Origin: Antedon mediterranea
Taxonomy: Eukaryota > Animalia > Echinodermata
Length of the DNA stretch: 64,000 bases
Assembly: GCF_964355755.1 (NCBI RefSeq)
Contig: NC_092673.1
Span: forward strand, 8,060,001-8,124,000
Reading direction: 5' to 3'
The position numbers and the translations under genes were made by a program. The stretch's first letter is position 1. Each line of letters starts with the position of its first letter. Positions 53,579-64,000 of the stretch are shown in pieces. Below the pieces are notes generated by a model that searched no databases, was not told the DNA's origin, and was given only the letters and a program-made list of their open reading frames with translations.

Positions 53579-54444
53579 ATGAAATAAAATGGCAAAAAGG
53601 CAAGTTAAAAAAAAACATATTTCCTTTCCCTATAAAAAAATCCTCATTCATACTTGACTGTCAATAAACTCTTCTGATCATTATAATATTTAATTAATTG
53701 TTCAGTAAAACGTGTGCTTTGGTAAGTTAACTGAAGAAAGGAATTTGCAAGTTTAGTTTGAAAAAGATGTTCAAAAGAGGCTTTTCTTGCATGTATGAGG
53801 TGAACAGATCAGAATCCAAACCTCATTTAAGTAGTAACAAAACCCTTAAACAAATTGGATTTATTTGCTAAAACATGAACATGACCTTGGCTTTCTGCAT
53901 TCCTTTTTTAAAGTTCAGCCATGTTCTCTGTGTGATTGTTCTGTGTATTCTTTGGTGGTTAGTATAATTATTCTATAAAAAATCTGCATATTGTGTTTTT
54001 GAAAGAAGTTTTAGTAAGGTCACAATGTATTGCTTCATCCAATTTTTAAAGGCAAGCTCCAGTCAAAATAATGTCTAAGAGTTGGTTAATCTGGTTTGCG
54101 TACACTACTTTTGGGAACAGTAGTCCATGCCCATGAAGTGTAAAGTCCAGTTTGATTGTGGCTTTAGACTAAAAACCAATTTCATAATTTGTTCAATTAA
54201 TCTGTGGTGAATTGTAAAATTCATGTACTCTGTATAATTGTGAAGTTGTGTTTGTAAACCAAATCATGGCTCTCCCCCAAAGTTCAACACACACGCAAAT
54301 ATTCCCTACGTTTTTTAGATCTATTTTAAGATCACAAACTATATTTAATGTAAAAATAATACTATATGGTCCTATTGCGATAACTTTTTTCGTCTTTAAT
54401 AAATGATTAAAAATGTGAAAAATAAGTCGATTCTAATAATTATA

Positions 54445-54780
54445 GCGGCTATAAATCCCAAAATGCATTGTGAGCGGATTGGTATTTCTGTTTTTCTTCT
54501 GTAATTCACTTCGATCGATCATGAGGCCAAAACAAATGGAAGACTCCTAACTTTTCAGCTAAAATACCGAGTTTTCCCCAATTTGTATCAACGGAGTCTG
54601 GCAAAAATAGAAAGACAATTAATGCAGCAACTATACAACGTCAGGCTAGGTATATAGCTAGCGTACGATGTTCGTACGTTACCGATGTTTACCAGCTAGG
54701 CCTACAAAACTAAGCCTAGCTAGGCTAGGCCTAAAGACCGTCCACGAGAGGTCAGTCGCCGCGAGCTACTTAGGTAGTGC
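54445..54780 (+). promoter_or_regulatory. Promoter-like island between CISD3 exons 3a and 3b
   Basis: ZNF143/Staf-like CTATAAATCCCAAAATGCATTG (~54449), reverse CCAAT, CTAG-rich tract, donor-like sites at 54649 and ~54772. Confidence 0.4.
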
Positions 54781-54966
54781 ATTGTTTCTCACTTTTTATC
54801 ATAATTTACCATAAAACGTACATTTAAGACAAGGAATGACCTGGTTTAATGTTTTTAAAGTAATATATATGTATTATTTTTACAAAACGTCACAAATTGT
54901 AGGGAAGGTGTCTTTAAACTTCTATATATATTTTTATATATATTATATTATTAATTTATTATTCAG

Positions 54967-55202
54967 GAGCACACAAGAGGACGGGATTTCATTCACTAAA
55001 GTGGATCGTTCCAGAAAATCCTGATGCAAGCTATGATATATGTGGTTGCAAACATACCAAGAATGCCCCATACTGTGATGGTACATGCCGAGAAAGGGAT
55101 CTGGAGAGTGAGGTTAAAGAAAGGCAAGAGAAATGCTTAAACAAGGAAAAACATCCATCATGTTCAAAGATGTGTACATCATGTGGTTGGGTAGATTTCT
55201 GA
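54967..55202 (+). CDS. CISD3: Duplicated alternative last exon (3b) of the CISD3-like gene, isoform b ~126 aa
   Basis: TTCAG| acceptor in the same phase as exon 3a; open frame GAHKRTGF...CGCKHTKNAPYCDGTC...CSKMCTSCGWVDF*. Missed by the ORF track because it has no ATG. Confidence 0.82.
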
Positions 55203-56313
55203 TGTGTCATGTAGATCAGTTTTAAAACTCAAATTATAGAATTCAATGGGAATATCTATTTCTCACCTGTACGTGAAATAGCAGTCTTAAACCTTGATCG
55301 CACTGCTTTTAATTTGGTCAAATTAACTGCTGGCCAAGTTGACAAAAATAAAAAATTCAATCTGAATGCAGGATTTCTAACCCTAACCAAAAACAACATT
55401 TTACATTTCTGCCCAGTAGAACCAGTAAACCTAACCAAATCCAATTAAATCATCATCATGTGCATGGTGCCATCTTGGACACCATCTACTATGATTTTCC
55501 ACACAAGATGTTGTGAAGCTCCATTTCTTAAGTCATCTCTGCATTTGATTCTCTGTTTACTCTTGGGCCTTCAATTGTGCCCAGTTGAGATATAATTGCC
55601 ATGTTTTCTGCACTACCACGAAGCATGGCTGCATAATGCATCTTCTTTTCATATTGTATTTATTTAATTAATATATTTTAATATATTAATCAACGGGCAC
55701 CTAACAAATTCTAAACTGCCCAGTAATATACTGAAAATTAATTAATTTAAAACGATAAAGACAAGGAAATCTGTGAGAATGATTAAAAAAAAGCCACCCC
55801 AATCAAGATTTAAACTGTAAACCTTGATGCCCAAGCCATTAGACCACTTGGGATTTTATGGTATTTCACAATTCAATTGGAATTGGAAATGTGAGGTTTT
55901 TTTAATGCTTAAATTTTTGTTAAAATGTTGGTAAAACTAAATGAATTTTTTCAGATGATGGTCAAAAGTACCCATGTCCCCATTACTGTTGTTGAATTTA
56001 GTCAATAAAACTTAAATTATGGTGATGCGTTGGTTGTATTATTCTATATCAGGCATTATGCTGTGTTTCCAAAAAAAAGTTTCTGCTTGCTGAAAGAGAC
56101 GGGCAGTAATTCCAATCATGATTTAAATACAGCAAAGATAGAGTGAATTACCGAACATTGCTTGGTTCGGGATGTTTTTACTTCAAAACTATCCAATGCT
56201 ACTGACCGATATACCCCTTGAAAATGAAAATTGATTGGTGGTGATGATGCTGGATCATCAAGATTTGCAAGAATATGAACCAAGAGAGCCATGATGTTAT
56301 CGAGAAGAGCTTG

Positions 56314-58233
56314 CAGGCCCGTAGCCAGGGGGGTTTTTTGGGGTTCGGGCGAACCCCCCCTTTTGCGCGAACCCCCCTTTTACCAGCGAACCCCCCTTGA
56401 AAAACAAAGGCCCCACTTCCAAAATCGTGCAATTAATTATCAATTATAGCAGATTTTTTGGTCATTTTACTTCTATTGACTATGTTTAAATCGATCGAAT
56501 ATACAGATTGTCCGATGTCAAAGTCACTGCTGAGCGTGAGATCGAGAGATTGTTGAGAGATGATGGTTATAAATATGACAGAAAAATGGACTGACCAATC
56601 GCGTGCTTCGGCCGGGCTTCGGAACGCACAAGATCACGTTCAGTTCAGTTCAATCTTTTTGGGGATTTTTATTTTTTTCCTGGAAATATTTTTCATTAAA
56701 CCAAAGAATTTCACTGTTTAAACTTGAATAAAAATGATGCTGAGTTAAATTGGTACGTGTACGTAGGCCTACCGTATATTTCGGTGTACAAGACGCACTT
56801 TTGACACGCAAATTTGACCTCTAAATGTAACCCTAATTAATTTAATTACCTACTAATACTTAAATTAATTAAAAATAGTGTAGGCCTACTACTCTGCAAT
56901 GTAGGCCTAGCTAGTTACTCACTCCTGTCTAACCACAGTGTGGTAACAAGTTTATTGAATTTTTAGTTAAGGTAAATTGTCATCCTCGACTGTATTAATT
57001 AATATTACAGTACGCATTAGATATTCTACCCAGGCCGCGCCTAGCAATACTCTCTGAACTCGCGGGTGTGTATTCTAGCAGCATGCAGCATCATCACAGC
57101 GCAACACATTTATGGAAGAGTCCATTAATTACGGTGGTGTCACATTTTATTTACACAATAACTATTTCCCTTGATCACGGTGGTTTATTTTTATTACATC
57201 TCTATGTCAACAATCACATAATTTTATAATCATGTAGTCAATAGTTCGTATGTCAAGCGATATCTAAAAGAGTGTGTTGTTATTGTGTTAAGTAGCTTCC
57301 CCTAATCTTATAGTGTATATGGCCAACACTGCTGGCCACCAGGCAAGGAGCACATGGTTAGTGCTCTCTCCTCATATTGCTGTAATGCATGCATGGAAAT
57401 AGGAAAGATTTTCATATAGGCCTACCCAACATGATATTCCTGGTTCATTATCAGCCCAAAAAACTGAACATCATTTGGATTGATTTTATAATGGTCATAC
57501 ACACAATAAGAAGGTATATATTTAAATAATATGAAATTAAAGTTACTTAAATAGACTTAGGCTAGCCCTACCCACACAGTGCATCGTAACTGAAACAATA
57601 TGGGGATTTCCCTTTTCATTGAACGTTCAGTTGAAGTAGAGACTGATTACGATGTAATAAAGGCAATCAAACAAAATTATATCATTTCATTCTAATATGT
57701 CTCAAATATCGTTATTTTATTATTAAAATACCATTGTTTTGATTGTAAAATGTTTAAATTTCGGCCTAGAAATAAGTGCGTCTTATGCATCGACTACATA
57801 AAAAATACTAATATTTCAGTCTCCGTTATGGGTGCGTCTTATACACAGGTGCGACTTGTACACCGAAATATACGGTACTATTTGTTTTTTATGTTTATAG
57901 GATAAGAAATTACTTAAGGGCCTAATATAATATACCTCTTTGCAACAATAAAGCTGTATTTCATGATCAGTACTACTAACTTCCATACTGTAGGCCTACT
58001 ATATAATTTCTCTGCATAACCCAGATTTTAGTAGGTAAAAAATGTCTCTGTAAGCTTATTAAAACAACCAAAATTGCTCTGAGAGCCAAAGCTTCCAGGG
58101 GGCTTCGCCCCCTGGACCCCGACCGGGGGCCCTTGGCGTCCCCCCTGGCCCCCAGCCTACAGTTGCTCGCTGCGCTCGCAAAATACTTGGTGTCAAGAAA
58201 ACCCCCCTCTGATGCATTCTGGCTACGGGCCTG
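56314..58233. mobile_element. hAT-like TIR element (CAGGCCCGTAGCCAG ends)
   Basis: 15-bp perfect TIRs; GAACCCCCC subterminal repeats; no clear 8-bp TSD. Confidence 0.65.
56772..57875. mobile_element. Tc1/mariner(pogo)-like MITE nested in the hAT-like element
   Basis: TA|CCGTATATTTCGGTGTACAAG ... CTTGTACACCGAAATATACGG|TA. Confidence 0.85.
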
Positions 58234-59155
58234 GCCTGGCCCTCAAAATGGTCCACCCTCATGCACAGAGGTGGACCGTTTTAATATTAGACCTTTATAA
58301 ATTTGCCTATCAGATGTCGTCAAGACATAGTGACCAGCTCGGAATTTAAAAAGTATGCCTAGGATTTATCTCAGCTGAAAGCTTGTATTCGATTCTTATG
58401 CTCGTAATTTCTTTATCAAAATGTAATACTTTTTGCTCAGACAATTGTTATATCAATGGCTATGTAGTTAGCCATTGCCTTAATTTTTCTATGGCAACAG
58501 TTTTTTTATTTGCTTTTTAAGTATTGCTTTCAATATTGAGGCTTCTTTCAAGCTAGCTAGTAGCGATTTATAATATTATAATTCAATATCTGCTTTTGGT
58601 TTATTCATGGAGTTTACTCCATGGTTTATTATAATAATAATCGTCACGCTTCACTAGTTCGCCCTCTATTGCTTTATATTATGTCTTATTTTTTATTTTT
58701 TAGGAAATTCCCCCGGTTATTCCATCCTGAATCATGATCATATTATAAATCTCGAATAACACAAAATCAAGAGGTTATAACAAAAAAGCAGCTGAAAAGT
58801 GTAACTTTAGAGACGTTCGTTGTCGTCCTGAGTCTCAGTTGTTAAAAAAGCAAACATTTCGGATTCAGCTACTACTAAAGGCTAGATACTGTATAACTTA
58901 CATTTTTAGGCCTACCAGAAACCTCACATATATAATTATAAGGGAAGGTAGGGATTTTTGTTTCAGAATACAAATTAATTGTTATTTATCAAAATTTCTG
59001 TGTATAGGCTATTAAAATATTATAACATTCTCGACCAAAACATAGTTAGTGTCTGGTTTTCCCCATTTTTTTTTTGTAGGTGATTGGGAATCCACCCAAT
59101 ATTAATATATAATAAGTAATGGCACTGCCTCATACGTAAGGTCACAGTGCATATC

Positions 59156-61528
59156 GGCCGCCAGTCATTTCGGCCGCCGGTTATGGAACGCCTAAAATCA
59201 TGAAACGCCAAAAAGGACAAAATATGTATTGTTCATTTCGGCCGCCAATCGTCAATATTGTTAATGTATGGCACGCCTCAATTATAAAAAATGGTGTATA
59301 CATGTGCCTATCGCCTGAATAGACGTGCGTATTCAAACAGCAAGCAGCAATCAACAAAAACGATCATACTTTTTGATTTGTATAGAGTTGCGCTATTTTA
59401 TTGTCATTCGCCGGCTTCTTCCTGACTGAGCCCTACAACCTCTCAGCCCCCCCCCCCCCACAACAACCACTGTGTTAGTGTTAGTTAAAACTACTAAACT
59501 AATGATTTACACGGTTTTTTGATGATATCGGTCGCGTTTGAAATCGGTCGCCCTATTTTGTATGGAGCGGGATGCATGCTAGCGGGATATACATTTTCTT
59601 CATTTATATAGATTTAGGCCTAATTGATATTTTTTAGGGGCTAGATTATTTATGTGGATATTTTTTAGGGGCTAGATTATTTATGTGGATATTTTTTATT
59701 TGGTTATCAATCATTATTAATTTTAAATGTATTTCACAGGTATCTTTCCAAAATAGTCATTTCTAAACACGTTTAAATATTAAATTAGGTAAATATTATA
59801 TCAGGCATATAATAATTTACCTCCAGTTATAATATGTACTGTAATTAATATATTATATAGAGAATATACGTCTGTCCTTTATTATGCAAACAATTACGTA
59901 AAAGAGAACAATTTATTTAAAAACAATAATTGTTACAATGTATAGCCCGTAAAGCCAGCGTATCCATTGTTATACTTATGCATACTGTGGCAGATTATAT
60001 CATGTCGTTAACAACATACTATTCGATCACATAATTTTTATTTTTTTATTTTATTTACATACTTTATGTAGGATAATATTATTAAGTGTACAATAATAAT
60101 TGTTGAGACAAATCACGTGTATACTTTTATTTCTAATGTTTAAAATAGTTGTTAGTAAAAATGATCATCATATGCGGATGGTTAAAAGGCGAGTTACTGA
60201 AATAAACCCCCAAATAAGCCATATTGGGGGAGATGCGCCTTCTATGATCGTGCAGCTGTTTCCTCTAACAATGCGTTATTTTGCTGACGGGGTTTCCCCT
60301 TTTTAAAAAGCACGCACTTGTTAGTGTGTCAAATCATGGACAAAACACGTACGATCGTTGTCCATGGCCAGGTAAAGATGACGTCTATTACTAATAACCA
60401 TACTTTTAAAACGTCTATAGGCCTCCTGCACGTGTTTTTGTGAAACGATGTATATAATTTACGTATACTGTACGTCGATACTATAGATTTTAATTTGAAA
60501 AATATCTTTTATTTCTTTATTTACAATAACCAGTTAATGTAAATAATTAAGTAAGTAGTCTCACATAACATCCATACGACGTTCGTAAATCTAAATGTTT
60601 AAATATCAGTAGGCCTACCTCTTTGAGAATCGTGTCCACCTTTATTATCCATACATTATTCTCACATCTATCATTGTACATCATAGACATACTGTAGGGC
60701 TGGTAGATTGATTTATAACGGAATATTATCTATATATTTATTATTATCCTAAACCATGCTCACGTCAGAGTGGCGGATATCGAATGCAAAAATCATCATC
60801 ATGCATCAAATTCCTTTATTGCATAAACCTCATTGAGCTGGTATCCACTTGCAGGTATAGAACGAGTTTCGTAATTAACTGTGATTAAAAATACGCAATA
60901 GGCGCGTCTACTTGTTTCACTATTAAATTATTATTTATTTTCAAAACCTTAAACAACGGCATGCTAAAAGAACACATTACAATTCATTAAAACCTGTAAG
61001 ATAAAATGGAAACACAAATTATTTATAAATAATGAGATAAATATTAATATTTACTGTACTTAAAAAATAACGATCGAGGTTTAAAAAAATGTCAAACAGT
61101 ATTATTAGAAATTCCAATATTCACAATTAACTAAAAACATAATGACCGTTTTCATTAAAAATGTATCTAATGCGCCATATACAAATTAGCGCGACCAAAA
61201 TAAAACGCGACCGATATCAAACGTAACTAATAGGATAAAAAGCGTATCTAGCGGCGCTCCATACAAAATACCGGATGTTTATTTTATCGCGACCGATTTC
61301 AAACGCGATCGATTTCAAGCGCGACCGATTTCATCTGACACTATTTACACACGTCTATTCAGGCGATAGGCACATGTATACACCCTTTTTGACAAGTAAG
61401 TAAGTAACAATACGTTATTAACAATATTGACGATTCTGGCGGCCGAAATGAACAATACATATTTTGTCTTTTTTGGCGTTTCATGATTTTGGGCGTTCCA
61501 TAACCGGCGGCCGAAATGACTGGCGGCT
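59156..61528. mobile_element. 2.4-kb element with ~170-bp inverted termini and a second inner inverted repeat
   Basis: GCCGCCAGTCATTTCGGCCGCCGGTTATGGAACGCC... is mirrored at 61345-61528; inner ATCGGTCGCGTTTGAAATCGG (59527) is mirrored at 61190-61340. Confidence 0.75.
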
Positions 61529-61576
61529 ATAATTCCGTTTCGCACCTGCCATTTATTTCGACTTGAAATGTGTTAA

Positions 61577-62098
61577 GTAACTTTATCGTGAGTACCACAC
61601 CTTAGCATTAGGCCTCAAAATACTTTTTTACGAAGGAGATCACACAAAAAGTAACAAATACATTCTTTAAATTGATGAATTTGCAAACGTGTTTCTCGCA
61701 CATCGGTTCGTGAATCTCGCATACTCCATGTTCAATGTTGTTGTTTCTATGGAGCGCCAAAAGAGCAATCATAATAGAGGGCTAAAAACTCAGTATAATG
61801 CGTATATTTAATGCATTTATTGGTTAAAATTACGTTCACTTTTAACATATTTTGTCATTGTCAATGCAACAAAAATGTTACTGTTGATACTGGTTTTCGC
61901 AGTTTTCGTTAACTTTTAAGAATTAAAATCAACAAATCGAAAATATTGAACTTCGAGTATGCTAAACTCGCGAACTGTATGCTAGAAACATGTCTGTAAA
62001 ATCATCAATTTAAAGGATTTATTTGTTACTTTTTATGTGATTCTTCTTAAATGTACTCTGAGGCCCAATTTTAAGGTGTGGTATTCACAATAAGTTAC
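61577..62098. mobile_element. ~520-bp fold-back MITE
   Basis: GTAACTTTATCGTGAGTACCACACC ... GGTGTGGTATTCACAATAAGTTAC; ~150-bp imperfect arms. Confidence 0.75.
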
Positions 62099-62224
62099 TA
62101 AACAAGTTTGGAGTCAAAAGGAAGTCGAAATAAAAACTGAAGTCGAAATAAAAACTGAAGTCGAAACGGAACTATAGCGCCCCCGTTACTACGGACGAAA
62201 ACGCCGACGCGACTTTCAAAAAGG

Positions 62225-62630
62225 GGACATCTCCTTAAAACAGACCATACATCGTTATAGCGACCACCTCTCATAAGGGTGCTTCTCATAATCGACCACA
62301 ACCTCCCGTAACGGATCACCTCTCGTAACGATCACCTCTCGTAAGTGACCACCTCTATTGAACGACCACCTCTTTTAAAAGACCACCTTTCGTAAGCGAC
62401 CACACCTCTCGTAAGTGACGACCTCTTTTAAAGGACCACCACCCCCCTTAAGAGACCGCTTCTCATAATCGACCATCTTCCGTAACAACGACGTCTCTTA
62501 ACGACCCCACCTCTCGTCGAGAGAGAGGTTGTGGTCCTTTTAAAGAGATGGTCACTTACGAGAGGTGTGGTCGTTAAGAGGTGTGGTCACTTACGAGAGG
62601 TGTGGTCGCTTACGAGATGTGGTCGATTAT
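62225..62630. repeat. GACCACCTCTCGTAAG tandem motifs in both orientations (MITE remnant)
   Basis: Many copies forward to ~62515, then inverted. Confidence 0.7.
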
Positions 62631-63190
62631 GTATCCCTCCAACTAAGGGCCGCTTTACTGACGCCACGAATGATCGCCTGTCTATTATTGTAATAGGTGC
62701 TCCCAAATAACCATTCTGAATTTAATCCTCTAAATAGTGTAATTTAGTTAGAAAGTTAAAGTTAGAGAGTTAGAGACCAAATCTGCCAAAAACTACTAAA
62801 CATGCGTCCCAAAAGTGGTCCTTATATTCGAGGAAGACTAGACCAACCTGTTTTTTTCTTCCACGGTTTCGTATGACCATATCGTCTTGATCATTTAAAA
62901 AAAATGTATCAGTATATATAAATTATATTCCTGTCTCTTCATATATTAATTATATTAAAATTATTTTCTTTTGTGGTGACCAGTTATTGTTTGGATGCTG
63001 TTGCTATTGTATGCTGGTACTACCACGGAAACATCGTTGCATACTTTGTGTAGCCTTAACGATCAAATGTGCCTTCATATATTCCTCTCTATTCACTAAA
63101 GGATAAATTAAATAAAAACGAAAAAAAAAGTACACGCTGTATAAAGAGTTGGGAACCAGAAAACTGGTTTCATAGTGCAAGAAACACAAC

Positions 63191-64000
63191 ATGGCTGAAC
63201 TGGAAAAGAGCCCGATAGTGACGTTTGTAGAAAATCTTACCGACTGTCCCATGTGCTTCGATGAAATGGAGCAACCTAAGTTACTTCATTGTGGACATTC
63301 ATTTTGCTTAAAATGTCTACGTAATCAATGTGAAGCCAATAATGAGAATGACAACCCAAGTAATATTAAATGTGCTTTGTGTAGAAGTTCAGGCGAAATT
63401 CCAATCACTGGATTAGAAGGACTTCCTTCGTCTTTTGTGATCGAAGATGCAAAGCAATGCTTACGAAAAGTCGGTAGAACAAGGGTTAAACTTCCTGTAT
63501 GTGACAAAGCTGGCCACAATCAAGTTTTAAACGTGTGGTGCGAAACATGTAATAAACTAATATGTATTGTTTGCCGTGATCATCATTTACATGACGATCA
63601 CAGTGTGTGTCCTGCGACTCCTGCGAAGTCATTTGAAGAATACTGTAAACAAACGTACAGAAATGAAAAGAAAATAGCAGAACTAGAACTCGCCAATGCA
63701 AATATAGTATTGGAACATTCTCAATGTCAAACAAAAGCAGACTCATTGAGTGGTGAGATTAAAGATTTAAATACAGACAAAAATAAAATGATAAAACTTG
63801 CAAAAACAAAACAGGAACAACTTGTAAATATTACTAAAAGGCATGAAACTGAAATGGATAAAGTAAGATCTGAACATTATGAGTTACAGTATGCACTCCA
63901 AGTGCAAATTGAATCATTGGTTGATGAAATTGGAAGCTTAAATGTAGAAAATACTCAAAATGCAGAACGTTTGCGCAGAGACAAGCAAGAACATGAAAAT
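63191..64000 (+). CDS. TRIM (RING - B-box - coiled-coil) E3 ubiquitin ligase, 5' part, runs off window
   Basis: CAACATGG start. RING CPMCFDEMEQPKLLHCGHSFCLKC..CALCR; B-box CDKAGH..WCETCNKLICIVC..H..H; coiled coil. Absent from the ORF track because no stop lies in the window. Confidence 0.92.
   Translation, partial: MAELEKSPIVTFVENLTDCPMCFDEMEQPKLLHCGHSFCLKCLRNQCEANNENDNPSNIKCALCRSSGEIPITGLEGLPSSFVIEDAKQCLRKVGRTRVKLPVCDKAGHNQVLNVWCETCNKLICIVCRDHHLHDDHSVCPATPAKSFEEYCKQTYRNEKKIAELELANANIVLEHSQCQTKADSLSGEIKDLNTDKNKMIKLAKTKQEQLVNITKRHETEMDKVRSEHYELQYALQVQIESLVDEIGSLNVENTQNAERLRRDKQEHEN

Noticed and set aside
54836-55024. 62-aa ORF overlapping exon 3b
   Set aside because: Wrong frame and mostly intronic; the CDGSH-homologous frame is different.
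62225-62630. CRISPR-like repeat array
   Set aside because: No unique spacers, irregular period, eukaryotic context, no cas genes.

Overview
AT-rich, intron-containing animal genomic DNA. An invertebrate deuterostome, probably an echinoderm, is inferred from the gene families and a Deu/Nin-type SINE. The left two-thirds hold two tandem paralogues of an innate-immune-like gene: tandem DED-like domains, a bipartite-NLS-like motif, an 11-residue coiled-coil repeat, a TRADD-N-like domain, a cassette of symmetric micro-exons and RI-type LRRs, with no recognisable NACHT. Copy A (17-12355) carries several disabling lesions; copy B (20727-41942) splices into an intact ~933-aa ORF. Further right lie a two-exon secreted Cys-rich precursor with an anaphylatoxin-like pattern (minus strand), a CISD3/MiNT-like double-CDGSH gene, and the 5' part of a TRIM gene running off the window. 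The CISD3-like gene has two alternative duplicated last exons, one of which swaps the [2Fe-2S] His ligand for Cys. Introns and intergenic DNA are dense with transposons: nested LINEs with TSDs, an RTE, Helitrons, Kolobok-, IS3EU-, TcMar- and hAT-like MITEs, and a SINE. All gene models were assembled by eye from splice signals and paralogue comparison; no database searches were run.
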